64,000 bases of DNA from Gemmatimonadota bacterium (GCA_040389905.1 JAZJZK010000014.1:241070-305069), one strand, 5' to 3'; positions 29,038 to 39,122 are shown, numbered from the stretch's first letter. Notes: generated by a model from the letters alone, not told the origin. Made by a program: numbers and translations.

Positions 29038-29739
29038 GAGTAACGGTTCCAACGTCCGCCACACATTCTCCGCCACCATCCGCTCCCCCTCTGGATTCGG
29101 ATGAATCCCATCCGGTTGGTTCAACGCCTGACGGCCGGCGACGCCGTCCAGCAGAAACGGCATCAACACGGCCCCGTGCTCCCTGGCCAGTTCCGGAAAC
29201 ATCGCGTGGAACGCCGGCGTATAGACGGGACCGAGGTTGGTCGGGGCCTCCATCTGCGCCAGCACGATCTTCGCCTCGGGCCGATCCCGACGAATTCGAG
29301 TCAGGATCTCCCCGATCGTCGCCTTGGTGGCCTCGACAGGTTGGCCACGCAATCCGTCGTTCGCGCCCGTTTCCACCACGATCACCGCCGCTGGATGCTG
29401 CAACACCCAATCGAGACGCCGGAGCAATCCCGCCGACGTTTCCCCGCTCACACCGGCGTTGATGGTCTGGTATGGAAGCGCGCGAGCGTCGATCTTCCGC
29501 TGGAGCAGTTGCGGGTACGCGCTGTCTGGCTCGAGTCCGAGTCCGGCCGTGAGTGACGTGCCCAGGAACAGCACCGCAGCTTTGTCTCGCACACCCGCCG
29601 CACCCGAGTCGCCGATCGCATCAGCCATCACCGTCTTCGCCGAATCAGCGGCCGCCGTTCCGCCACGCTTGTCACCGCTGCACGCTGTCGCCAGCACCAC
29701 GACGGCCAGCATCGTTCCCGCACATCCACAGAGTCTCAT
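28966..29739 (-). CDS. tesA: SGNH/GDSL arylesterase lipoprotein (TesA-like)
   Basis: FLGTSLTAG, NAGVSGETSAG, GANDGLRG, DGIHPN; lipobox LATAC. Confidence 0.92.
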   Translation of the reverse strand: MRLCGCAGTMLAVVVLATACSGDKRGGTAAADSAKTVMADAIGDSGAAGVRDKAAVLFLGTSLTAGLGLEPDSAYPQLLQRKIDARALPYQTINAGVSGETSAGLLRRLDWVLQHPAAVIVVETGANDGLRGQPVEATKATIGEILTRIRRDRPEAKIVLAQMEAPTNLGPVYTPAFHAMFPELAREHGAVLMPFLLDGVAGRQALNQPDGIHPNPEGERMVAENVWRTLEPLLGGQVTGDRGQGTADRRGMAVPVP

Positions 29740-30442
29740 GCTTGAAGCTCGTCAGTTGACCAAGGAATACCAGAGCGGCGACCATCGCCTCACTGTACTA
29801 CGCGACGTCGAATTCACGATTCCTGACGGCGCATTCGTCGCGATCGTCGGACCATCGGGCAGCGGCAAGACGACATTGCTCGGACTCCTCGCCGGCCTCG
29901 ATATCGCCACACGCGGCACCGTGATACTCGACGGATCCGACATGTCGAAGATGAGCGAGGATCAGCGCGCACGACTGCGTGGAGCGAAAGTTGGGTTCGT
30001 GTTCCAGAGCTTTCAACTGATCCCTACGTTGACCGCGCTCGAAAATGTTCAGGTTCCCCTCGAGCTCCGCGGCGACGACGGCGCTCCAGCGCGCGCGCGC
30101 GAGCTCCTCGCGCGCGTCGGACTCGGCGACCGCACGCATCATTTTCCGAATCAACTCTCCGGCGGCGAGCAGCAACGTGTCGCCATCGCGCGCGCGTTCA
30201 GCAACTCGCCGAAGCTCCTCTTTGCCGACGAACCCACCGGCAACCTCGACAGCGACACCGGCGCGCACATCGTCGAGCTGCTCGAAACGCTCAACCGCGA
30301 GGCAGGCACGACGATCGTCCTCGTCACGCATGACCTCAACCTCGCACGTCGCGCGCAACGCATCATCCGCCTGGCCGACGGCCTCGTCGTCAGCGATGAA
30401 GCAACGACGCCGCGGATCGTCGCGGAACCCGTGATCGCATGA
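29738..30442 (+). CDS. ybbA: ABC transporter ATP-binding protein (YbbA-like)
   Basis: GPSGSGKT, LSGGEQQR, LFADEPTGNLD; real start ATG 29738. Confidence 0.93.
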   Translation: MLEARQLTKEYQSGDHRLTVLRDVEFTIPDGAFVAIVGPSGSGKTTLLGLLAGLDIATRGTVILDGSDMSKMSEDQRARLRGAKVGFVFQSFQLIPTLTALENVQVPLELRGDDGAPARARELLARVGLGDRTHHFPNQLSGGEQQRVAIARAFSNSPKLLFADEPTGNLDSDTGAHIVELLETLNREAGTTIVLVTHDLNLARRAQRIIRLADGLVVSDEATTPRIVAEPVIA

Positions 30443-33000
30443 AACGATCATCGTACCTGATGGCGCTCGCCTGGCGGGAAAGCCGTACGGCGCGCCGGCG
30501 TCTCCTGCTGTACATGTCGTCGATCTCGCTGGGCGTGGGCGCCCTCGTGGCCATCGACTCCTTCGCCAGCAACACACAGCGATCCGTCCGCGAGCAAGCG
30601 AGGGCACTCCTCGGCGGCGACATCGCGTTGTCGTCGCGCGCCGCGTACACCAAGCCAGTCCAGGCGGCGCTCGATTCGCTGCGCGCCGAAGGCACGGGCG
30701 TCGCCGACGTCACGAGTTTCGCGTCGATGGCGCTCGTGGCGCGCACGGGGATGACGCGGCTCTCGCAGATCCAGGCGGTGACCCCGGGCTATCCCTTCTA
30801 TGGCGAGATCGTCACCAGTCCTGCAGGGGAATGGGCACACCTCCACGATGGCCGCTTTGCGCTCGTCGACCCATCGCTCCTCGTGTCCCTCAACGCGAAG
30901 ATCGGCGACACGCTGTCGCTCGGCTTCACGAAGTTCATCATCAGCGGAACGCTCGTCAGCGTGCCCGGTGATGTGGGCGTCAGCACGACGATCGGCCCCC
31001 GTGTCTTCATCCCCGCCCGCTACCTCGACGAGACATCGCTGCTCCTGTTCGGTAGCCGCTCCGATCACAGGACCCTGCTCAAGCTCACCGCGGAGCTTCC
31101 GCCGTCGCGCTTCATCTATCGCTTCAAGGAGCGGCTCGAGAAAGCACAGGTGCGCTACCGCACCGCGGCCGAGACGGAGTTCAATCTCACGCAGGCGGTG
31201 GATCAGCTGCGGGACTTTCTCAGCATCATCGGCCTCGTGGCACTGCTGCTCGGCGGAATCGGTGTCGCCAGTGGCGTGAATGCCTTCGTGATGCGAAAGA
31301 TCGACACCGTTGCCATCCTCCGGTGTCTCGGCGCCACGAGTGCGCAGGTGCTGACGATCTACGTCGTACAGGCCGTCGTGATGGGACTCATCGGCGCGGC
31401 GTTCGGCGCCGTGCTCGGTGTTGCGCTGCAACTCGGCCTTCCGATAGTACTCAAGGACTTCCTGCCCGTGGACGTCGTCGTCTCGATGGAGCCGGTCGCG
31501 CTCCTCACGGGCGTCTTCGTCGGCGTGTGGGTGGCGCTCGTGTTCTCGCTGAACCCGCTCATCGCGCTCCGGAACGTGAGTCCATTGGAGACACTGCGCC
31601 GGCAATCGGATGCCGCGGCACTGCGCGGACGGAAATTCGATCCGATGCGCGTGCTTGTCGCGCTATTGATCGTGTTCAGCGTTGGGGCGCTCGGCGTCGC
31701 ACGCGCCGAGACCGTCCAGCAGGGGTTGGCGTTCGCGGGCGCCATCGCCGCCGCAGTAGCGATGCTCTACGGTGCCGCGACACTCCTGAGTCTTTCCGCG
31801 CGCAAACTGGTTCGGCCATCGTGGCCATTCGTTCTGCGGCAGGGCGTGGCCAGTCTGTACCGGCCGGGAAACCAGACGCGCGCCGTGGTCCTCGCCCTGG
31901 GTTTTGGCGTGTTCCTCATGAGCACCATCTACCAGGTCCAACAAAACCTGCTGCGCACCGTGTCGGTCAAGATGGATGCGTCACGCGCCAATGTGCTCTT
32001 CTTTGACGTGCAGGACGATCAGGGTGTGCCACTCGATTCGATGATCCGGTCGCGCGGCTATGCCGTGACGCAGAAGACGCCCATCGTCCTCATGAAGATC
32101 GTCGCCATCAATTCGCTCGAGGGGGAAAAGCTTCTCACCGGCGACACGCTGAGCCGAAAGAACCGGCCGCGCGAGCGGTGGGTCCTGCGTCGTGAGTTCC
32201 GGTCGACGTATCGTGATTCGCTCATGCCATCGGAAACCATCAAGACGGGACGCTTCCACGCCGACGGAAGCTCAGCCGACAAGTTGCCGGAGGTATCGCT
32301 CGACGCGGACATCGCAAAAAGTCTTCAGGTCGGGATTCACGATACGATCACGTGGGATGTTCAGGGCATGCGCGTGAAGACGCGCATCACGAGCCTGCGC
32401 GATGTGAACTGGACGCGCTTCGAGCCGAATTTCTTCGCCGTGCTCGAACGCCGCGCCATCGAAAAAGCGCCGAAGCAATTCGTCGTCATGGCCGACGTAC
32501 GGGGGCCGAATGCGGTCGCGCTTCTGCAACGCGACGTGGTGACGAAGTACCCGAACATTGCCAGCCTCGATCTCACGCTGGTTCAACAGACCATCGGTCG
32601 TGTACTCGACAAGGTGACGACGGCGATCCGCTTCATGGCGGGCTTGAGCCTTGCGCTCGGAATCCCCGTGCTGTTCAGCGCGGTGAGCGCGACGCGGCGC
32701 GAGCGCTTACGTGAGGGAGTTCTCCTGAAGGTGCTGGGTGCCACGAAGAAGCAGGTTGGACGCGTGATGCTTGCGGAGTACCTGCTGCTCGGCGGCTTGG
32801 GGAGCTTTGCCGGTGCGGTACTGAGCGTCGCGTCGTCATGGGCGCTCCTGCACTACCAATTCGAAATGGAGTTCAGGCCGGCGCTGGTGCCTGCGCTCCT
32901 GGTGGCGCTGCTCATGATTTCGATCGCGGTGGCGATCGGGATGCTCACGGGGAGAGAGGTATTCGCCGAAACGCCGATGGCCGCACTGCGGGAAGCATGA
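30439..33000 (+). CDS. ybbP: ABC transporter permease (YbbP-like)
   Basis: LAWRESR...ARALLGGD; two FtsX domains; ATGA overlap with ybbA. Confidence 0.92.
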   Translation: MKRSSYLMALAWRESRTARRRLLLYMSSISLGVGALVAIDSFASNTQRSVREQARALLGGDIALSSRAAYTKPVQAALDSLRAEGTGVADVTSFASMALVARTGMTRLSQIQAVTPGYPFYGEIVTSPAGEWAHLHDGRFALVDPSLLVSLNAKIGDTLSLGFTKFIISGTLVSVPGDVGVSTTIGPRVFIPARYLDETSLLLFGSRSDHRTLLKLTAELPPSRFIYRFKERLEKAQVRYRTAAETEFNLTQAVDQLRDFLSIIGLVALLLGGIGVASGVNAFVMRKIDTVAILRCLGATSAQVLTIYVVQAVVMGLIGAAFGAVLGVALQLGLPIVLKDFLPVDVVVSMEPVALLTGVFVGVWVALVFSLNPLIALRNVSPLETLRRQSDAAALRGRKFDPMRVLVALLIVFSVGALGVARAETVQQGLAFAGAIAAAVAMLYGAATLLSLSARKLVRPSWPFVLRQGVASLYRPGNQTRAVVLALGFGVFLMSTIYQVQQNLLRTVSVKMDASRANVLFFDVQDDQGVPLDSMIRSRGYAVTQKTPIVLMKIVAINSLEGEKLLTGDTLSRKNRPRERWVLRREFRSTYRDSLMPSETIKTGRFHADGSSADKLPEVSLDADIAKSLQVGIHDTITWDVQGMRVKTRITSLRDVNWTRFEPNFFAVLERRAIEKAPKQFVVMADVRGPNAVALLQRDVVTKYPNIASLDLTLVQQTIGRVLDKVTTAIRFMAGLSLALGIPVLFSAVSATRRERLREGVLLKVLGATKKQVGRVMLAEYLLLGGLGSFAGAVLSVASSWALLHYQFEMEFRPALVPALLVALLMISIAVAIGMLTGREVFAETPMAALREA

Positions 33001-33210
33001 ACTGACGTACTCAGGTACCTCGTACAAACACTGACGTACGAGGTACCCGGGCTCCTGTACCCTGACTGGCATATTGGCCAAGAAGAGCCATCAGAAAATG
33101 GCGTTGGGTCGATGCCATCGAATGTGTCGATGGCTCTTCTTGGCTTGGATGCCAGTCCGGGTACCCGGTTCAGGGTACTTCGTACGTATGTGTTTGTACC
33201 ACGTATGCTC
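33001..33210 (+). repeat. Long-hairpin dispersed element, copy 1 (GTAC-rich arms)
   Basis: Nested stems 33022-33199, including a perfect 16-bp gccaagaagagccatc/gatggctcttcttggc; homologous to 52061-52309. Confidence 0.85.
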
Positions 33211-33422
33211 GGACGGTTGCTATTGTCCGCTAACGCCGGCAGCACAGGCGAGGAACATCCCTGTCGTGAACGCCAGTATCAGGCGCTGCACCGTGGGTGA
33301 GAGTTTCGGCATGAATCGAGGGGAACGACAAGGGTAGGAAATGCGAATCTTGCAGAAAGGACGACGCAAACACCCCGCGCGTCACCTCCATTTCCTACCC
33401 ACGGCGCGACTGATTGATCCGA

Positions 33423-33806
33423 TCAGATCAGCCCGTCGCGCCCCGCTGCGATCCACTTCTCCATCGCGCTCAGGAGCAGCGTTTCGTCGACGATTGGCTT
33501 GGTGATGTAGTCGTTGAACCCAGCGTTGAGGTACTTCTCTCGGTCACCGGCCATTGCGTGCGCCGTGAGTGCGATGACGGGGAGACGGCGGAGCTGCTCG
33601 TCGGCGCGAATGCGCGCCAGAATCTCGTTGCCATCCATGCCGGGTAGTGAGATGTCCAGCAGGACCAGGTCCGGCAGGTTTGCGGCGAGCCCAGCAAGCG
33701 CATCGATGCCATTCTCGTATTCGACGACGTCGTAGAGTCCGTCGAGGATCGCTTGAAGGAGCAGGCGATTGTCGGCGTTGTCTTCGACCACTGCGACGGT
33801 GTTCAT
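33423..33806 (-). CDS. Single-domain response regulator (DivK-like)
   Basis: VVEDN, LVLLDISLPGMDG, IALTAHAM..D.EK, YITKP. Confidence 0.93.
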   Translation of the reverse strand: MNTVAVVEDNADNRLLLQAILDGLYDVVEYENGIDALAGLAANLPDLVLLDISLPGMDGNEILARIRADEQLRRLPVIALTAHAMAGDREKYLNAGFNDYITKPIVDETLLLSAMEKWIAAGRDGLI

Positions 33807-34177
33807 GCGCTCTCCGGTTTGCGTGCGTTCTCCAACCATGTGCGGACGCGCGGCAACTCATCATCGAGGTTCGCCACGAGGGCAGCAATTCCCTCGAGTG
33901 AGCCGGCGCGTGCAATGGCTTCCCCTTCTTCACAGATGCGCTGCATACGCAGCGCGCCGAGTTGCGCCGAACTGGACTTCAGCGAGTGCATGGCATTCTC
34001 GACGGCACTCACATCATTCGCCGCGAGTCCTGATCGCGCCGCATCCACGCGCTCGGGCGCAGCGCTCAGGAACAGCGAGATCATCTCGTTCAGCAGCTTG
34101 CCCCCACCGAAGCGCTTGAGCCGATCGAGCGAGGCGCTATCGGTGGACGGGAGTTCGGTTTCGTTGGTGGGTTCCAT
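33803..34177 (-). CDS. Hpt phosphotransfer protein
   Basis: LDRLKRFGGGKLLNEMISLFL...AMHSLKSSSAQLGA; ATG 34177 overlaps the upstream stop. Confidence 0.9.
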   Translation of the reverse strand: MEPTNETELPSTDSASLDRLKRFGGGKLLNEMISLFLSAAPERVDAARSGLAANDVSAVENAMHSLKSSSAQLGALRMQRICEEGEAIARAGSLEGIAALVANLDDELPRVRTWLENARKPESA

Positions 34178-36258
34178 CACGACACTCCTGCGCGACGCAA
34201 TGCCGCCTTGACGCGCGCCAGAAATCTTGGGGGATCGATTGGTTTGCGAATGTAGTCGTCGGCACCGGCGTCCATCAATCGGACTTCGGTATCCAGTTCG
34301 TCGGCGCCGGTGAGCACGATGACCGGGAGCATGGCGGTCGCCACGTTGCGACGAAGCTTCCGGACCACCTCGTCGCCGTCCATTCCCGGCATGCGGAGAT
34401 CGGTGATCACCAGTGCGATGTCCTCGCCAGTATTGATCAGGTCGAGCGCTTCGGCACCGTCGCGCGCCTGCCGGACCCGATAGCCACCGGACTCGAGAAT
34501 CGTCGTCGCCAGATGCCTGAGCATCGGATCGTCGTCGGCAAACACAATAGCCGGGGGCAGCGCCGGCGCGGCCGGCGCGTCGTCCGCCACCTCGCCGAGG
34601 ACGCGCTCGATTTCCTCCAGCGTGGTGTCGCCGCGCTTCACATTGTCCAGCGCAACCTCTCGGAGCGGCCGCATCCCCTGGGCGATGGCCAACCGCTGCA
34701 GCTGAAGCGCAGAGGTGCCCGCCGTAATCTGGTCGCCGATCGACGGTGAGCAGATGGCTACCTCGACAATCGGAATTCGACCGCGATATCCGGAATTGTT
34801 GCACTTGTTACAGCCGTGCGCGCGAACGGTCGGCATGACGCCGAATTGCGCGCCAAGCCGTGATTCATTCTCGGTGTAGTCACCGGAAATTCGCTGAGCG
34901 CAATCAGGACACACGCGCCGGACCAGTCGCTGAGCGAGGGCGCCGCGCAGCACCGAGGCAATCGTCGTGCGGTCCAGGCCGAGATCCGTGAGACGCGAAA
35001 CGGCGCTCATCGAGTCATTGGTGTGCAGCGTCGCCAGCACGAGATGGCCCGTCGCGGCAGCCTGTGCGGCCACTTCCGCCGTCTCCTGATCTCGAATCTC
35101 GCCGACGAAGATGACGTCGGGATCCTGACGGAGAATCGAACGGAGGGCGGATGCGAACGTGACGTTGCGCTTCGTCTCGACCTGAATCTGCGTCACACCT
35201 GCGAGCTCGTACTCGATTGGATCTTCGACGGTCATCACGTTGACTTCGCTCGTGGCGACGTCCGTGAGCGCCGCGTACAGCGTCGTCGTTTTTCCGGACC
35301 CCGTCGGGCCCGTGACCACGACGATTCCGTCGCGGTTGCCGATGAGCTGTCGGATCCGCTGCAACTCGTAGTTCGACAGTCCGACGTCGTCGAGCGTCTT
35401 CGCGGTATCGGGCCGCAGGATACGAATGACGGCCTTCTCGGCGTCGCGGGTGGGGACGGTCGAGATGCGGAGGTCGTAATGCTTGTTCATCACCGAAATG
35501 CGCGCCCGGCCATCCTGCGGTCGCATGCGATCCGCGATATCGAGCTTGCCGAGCACCTTGATACGCGACACCACACGCCCGACGGCCGCCGATGGAAGCG
35601 ACATGTGCTGCCGCATGACGCCATCGATGCGGAATCGCACGACGCCGCCCTTCGAGCCACCCGGCTCGATGTGGATGTCACTGGCGCGTTGGACCACTGC
35701 GTCGCTGAGGATCAGGTTCGCGAGTTTGACCAGTGGCGCAGATTCGACGTCCGCCGCTGCGACCTGCTCCGGAGCGGCATCCTCGACGAACCGCACGGCG
35801 TCGGCCAGCGTCGAGTCCGCGGCGTCGAGGAGGTTCTGCACGACGCTGTCGGCCGAATAGCCGCCGCCCAGCGCGCCCTCGATCGCGTTCGGTCCGGCGA
35901 GCTCGAACTTGATGCGGCGACCGCTGGCGAAACCGATGTCGCGCTCCGCTTCGTAGTCGTGCGGATCGCTCGACGCGACTGTCAGTTCGCGGTCAGTCTC
36001 TCGGAGTGCGAACACGCCATGCTTGCGGGCCAACTTCTCAGGCAGCAGTCGCGCCGCCTTGCTTTCTGCCCGCTCGAATTCCGCCACCGGGAGGCGAAGC
36101 ACAGGAGCGACCTGCGCAACAAGCGCGGACTCCGTCAGCTTGAGCTCCCTTCCCAACTGCTCCCATGCTCCGGCAAGCGTCACGCCTTGCGCGATGTTCG
36201 CAGTCTTGGCGCCCGGAATTCCGGCCCGAGCCGCGGCGTTGACCAACCAATGCGTCAC
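34177..36258 (-). CDS. GspE/PilB-family secretion ATPase fused to a C-terminal receiver domain
   Basis: RASDIHIEP, GPTGSGKT, TVEDPIE, LRQDPDVIFVGEIRD, TGHLVLATLH, CxxC/CxxC; then FADDD...ITDLRMPGMDG...YIRKP; start approximate (GTG 36258). Confidence 0.92.
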   Translation of the reverse strand: MTHWLVNAAARAGIPGAKTANIAQGVTLAGAWEQLGRELKLTESALVAQVAPVLRLPVAEFERAESKAARLLPEKLARKHGVFALRETDRELTVASSDPHDYEAERDIGFASGRRIKFELAGPNAIEGALGGGYSADSVVQNLLDAADSTLADAVRFVEDAAPEQVAAADVESAPLVKLANLILSDAVVQRASDIHIEPGGSKGGVVRFRIDGVMRQHMSLPSAAVGRVVSRIKVLGKLDIADRMRPQDGRARISVMNKHYDLRISTVPTRDAEKAVIRILRPDTAKTLDDVGLSNYELQRIRQLIGNRDGIVVVTGPTGSGKTTTLYAALTDVATSEVNVMTVEDPIEYELAGVTQIQVETKRNVTFASALRSILRQDPDVIFVGEIRDQETAEVAAQAAATGHLVLATLHTNDSMSAVSRLTDLGLDRTTIASVLRGALAQRLVRRVCPDCAQRISGDYTENESRLGAQFGVMPTVRAHGCNKCNNSGYRGRIPIVEVAICSPSIGDQITAGTSALQLQRLAIAQGMRPLREVALDNVKRGDTTLEEIERVLGEVADDAPAAPALPPAIVFADDDPMLRHLATTILESGGYRVRQARDGAEALDLINTGEDIALVITDLRMPGMDGDEVVRKLRRNVATAMLPVIVLTGADELDTEVRLMDAGADDYIRKPIDPPRFLARVKAALRRAGVS

Positions 36259-36334
36259 GTGTCTGTAGTGCTGAGGTCGAGAACGTAAATGAGACGGGAA
36301 AGCTAATGATGCGGAAGTATCGGGCGAGATACCA

Positions 36335-37570
36335 TCAAGGTGTAGGCGCGAGCACGCCGACGGGAAGACTCTGGCGGTCCCGGGTGAAGCCGTCACCGAG
36401 CTGTCCATCCGCCCCAAGTCCCCAGCAAAGTACGGCCGTCGTGCTTGAAACGCCGCAGCTGTGGTTGCCGAGGCCGGTCACGATGCTCACGAAGCGCTGC
36501 TGCCCGAACACGGCGATGGGACGGCGGCTGCACTCGAGCGACCCGCAGAATTCGCCCGGCCGCGGCACGCCGAGCTGCCCGAAGGAATTGTTGCCCCAGC
36601 AAAACGCCACGCCGTCCACCCGCGTGCCACAACTCTGGATGATCCCGCTGCTGACATCGAGAAACCGATCGTCGGTCGCGACGGGCGTGGGAGTCGCCGT
36701 TCCCGCCGTTGTGCCATCACCCAACTGGCCGAACGAGTTCGCCTCCCAGCACAGCGATATGCCCTCGACGGAAACCGCGCACATCGAAATGGCGCTCACA
36801 GAGATGCTCCGGAGCGCAGGCAGCGCGTTGATGCGATGCGGGGAAAGGCGCTGGTGATAGTACTCGAACCCGCCATCGGCCGATTCCCATTCGAGCCCCC
36901 AACACCACGCGGCCCCATCGAGCGCAATTGCGCAGCTACGCAGGCGCCCTGCGCTGACGCGAGTGAAGCGCTCCTGGGTATCGATCGGCCGAGGAAACAC
37001 GCTGGTGGTGGTATCGCCGAAGCCAAGTGCGCCGAGGGTCCCATCGCCAAAACAATAGACGACGCCATTGGTTCGCACCGCGCAGGTGTGCGTGAGACCC
37101 GCTCCCACATCGAGGAACTGGGCCTCCGGCATGATCGGCGTGGGCGCGAAGACCATGAATTCGCCCTGCACACCGACTTGGAATGACACGTTGTCTCCCC
37201 AGCAATACAACCGGCGCTCTGTGGTGATCGCGCAGGTATGCCGCTGGCCGGCGCTGACGTGAAGGAATCGAAGCGTCGGTGCGACGGCCCTCGGCCCAGC
37301 CTCGCAGGCGGAACGAAAGCGCCCGCACTTCCCCCTGGCGGCATCCACCCCCAACTGCCCCGATGCGTTGGACCCCCAGCAGTACAGCGCACCATCGAGG
37401 CGGATACCGCACGAATGGGCGGCGCCGACGCTCACCGCCTTCCACCCCGTCGACGCCGGCGCGACCTCGATTGGGCGATCGCGATACACGAGGACGGTGG
37501 GAGCGGTTGGCGTGTCGCAGGCGGCAGCAGCAAGCGCAAGCGCGAGGGCCGGCGCAGCGGCTGCCCTCAT
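36335..37570 (-). CDS. RCC1/BLIP-II repeat beta-propeller lipoprotein
   Basis: Lipobox LAAAAC; ~7 repeats of VSAG..HTC.....G..YCWG.N..GQLG. Confidence 0.9.
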   Translation of the reverse strand: MRAAAAPALALALAAAACDTPTAPTVLVYRDRPIEVAPASTGWKAVSVGAAHSCGIRLDGALYCWGSNASGQLGVDAARGKCGRFRSACEAGPRAVAPTLRFLHVSAGQRHTCAITTERRLYCWGDNVSFQVGVQGEFMVFAPTPIMPEAQFLDVGAGLTHTCAVRTNGVVYCFGDGTLGALGFGDTTTSVFPRPIDTQERFTRVSAGRLRSCAIALDGAAWCWGLEWESADGGFEYYHQRLSPHRINALPALRSISVSAISMCAVSVEGISLCWEANSFGQLGDGTTAGTATPTPVATDDRFLDVSSGIIQSCGTRVDGVAFCWGNNSFGQLGVPRPGEFCGSLECSRRPIAVFGQQRFVSIVTGLGNHSCGVSSTTAVLCWGLGADGQLGDGFTRDRQSLPVGVLAPTP

Positions 37571-37574
37571 CTGG

Positions 37575-39044
37575 TCATGACTCCACCACCCTGACGTAGG
37601 CGGGGGTCAGCCGCCTCCGCTCAACGGCGAGGGGCACGCCGCCCGCTGGCGGCTCGTGCCGCAGTGGTGGTCTTGCCGCGGAATCGAAGAGGATGCTGAA
37701 TGTCGACCCGACGCCGTCCGAGCTGACCACGGTCAGCCCAAAGCCCAGTCGTTCACAGACGGACTTCGAGAATGCGAGGCCGAGTCCGGTGCCGCCGAAG
37801 CGTCGTGAGATCGTGTTCTCCGCCTGTTCGAACGCACCGAAAATCGCCGCCTGTCTCGAAGGAGCCACGCCCATCCCTTCGTCGATCACGTCCAGTCGCC
37901 AGGGCTTGGCCGAGTTTGGTGCGGCCAGCACGCGAACGACCACGCGCCCGCGCTCGGTGAACCGCAAGGCATTCGCGAGCAGGTTTGTGATCACCTGCCG
38001 CAGCTTGTCGCCGTTTGTCTGCAGAAGATCGAGCTGGTCCGGCAGGTCGAGCGCGAGAACGACGTCGCTCGCAGACAGTGGCTCCTCGAACGACTCGGCG
38101 GTCTGCCGCACGAGTTCCAGCAGGTCGACTGGCGAGGTACTGACGTCCAGCCGGCCTGATTCGATCTTCGCGTGCTCCAGAATGTCGTTGATGATCGTCA
38201 GGAGCCGACGGCCATTCTCCTCGATTTTCGAGAGGTAGGCGAGCTCTCGTGCATCGAGTGCAGCGCGCTTGTTGCGCATCAGCACGCCGGAAAACCCGAT
38301 GATGGAGTTGAGTGGCGTTCTCAGCTCGTGGCTCATCCGTTCGATGAACTCCCCCTTGGCGCGCGTCGCCGTCTCCGCGGCTTCGTTCGCGCGCACAAGC
38401 GCGCGCCGCGCCTGTTCCCGCTGACGGGCGTTCATCACGACGAGTGCCGTCGCCGATGCCGCAATGGCTGCGGCGATCAGCGTGCCCAGCATAATGATCA
38501 GCGCGACACGATCCCCTTCGGCGCCCGCGAGCACCCGCTGCCCCTCGATGCGGCCCAGCTCGAGTTGCCGAAGCGTGCGTGTGTCCGCGCGGAGCGTGTC
38601 CATGAGCGAACGCCCGCGGGAGGTACGCAGCAGCGCGAGGGCTCCTTCGTGGTCGCCACGCTCCCAGCGGTCAACGGTCTCGACCAGCACCGCGAGCTTT
38701 CGGTCAACGACCCCAAGCAGGTGCGTGACGAGAAGCGAGTCCTCGGGGTACCTCGTAGCAAGCAGCGACCGGCGGACACGTTCGAGCGACAGAAGTGCAC
38801 GACGATATGGAACGAGATACCGCTGGTCGCCGGTCAATAGATATCCGCGATGTCCGGTTTCCGCATCCGTGATCGTCTGCGAAAGCTCACTTGCTGCGGC
38901 CAACACGGCCGACGACTTGCGCTCAGCCGCGGAGACCGCCTGCATATCTCGGACACCACGGAACGACGCGACCCCGATGCCCAGGAGCACCAGAAATGCC
39001 ACGAAGTAACCGATGCCGATGCGGCGCTGAAGGCTTGCGGTCAT
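37575..39044 (-). CDS. CHASE3 sensor histidine kinase
   Basis: TM, DAETGHRGYLLTG (CHASE3), TM, MSHELRTPLN, NLLANALRFT, GGTGLGL. Confidence 0.93.
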   Translation of the reverse strand: MTASLQRRIGIGYFVAFLVLLGIGVASFRGVRDMQAVSAAERKSSAVLAAASELSQTITDAETGHRGYLLTGDQRYLVPYRRALLSLERVRRSLLATRYPEDSLLVTHLLGVVDRKLAVLVETVDRWERGDHEGALALLRTSRGRSLMDTLRADTRTLRQLELGRIEGQRVLAGAEGDRVALIIMLGTLIAAAIAASATALVVMNARQREQARRALVRANEAAETATRAKGEFIERMSHELRTPLNSIIGFSGVLMRNKRAALDARELAYLSKIEENGRRLLTIINDILEHAKIESGRLDVSTSPVDLLELVRQTAESFEEPLSASDVVLALDLPDQLDLLQTNGDKLRQVITNLLANALRFTERGRVVVRVLAAPNSAKPWRLDVIDEGMGVAPSRQAAIFGAFEQAENTISRRFGGTGLGLAFSKSVCERLGFGLTVVSSDGVGSTFSILFDSAARPPLRHEPPAGGVPLAVERRRLTPAYVRVVES

Positions 39045-39122
39045 ACGTTTGGAAACATGGTGCAGAGTATCGCCCGGTAGTAGGCTTTAATAGACGGCCT
39101 GCCCAGACAGCGAGGTAGCGTG

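Noticed and set aside
29237..29737. Long N-terminal extensions in the ORF track (ybbA 29237, Hpt 34804, egtD 45149, M16 47009, kinases 54632 and 59512)
   Set aside because: They overlap neighbouring genes; downstream starts with coupling or an RBS fit the families better
33112..33300. Short ORFs sharing the peptide SMALLGLDASPGTRFRV (also in 51908..52285)
   Set aside because: The similarity is a by-product of the DNA hairpin repeat; starts and lengths differ and no RBS is evident
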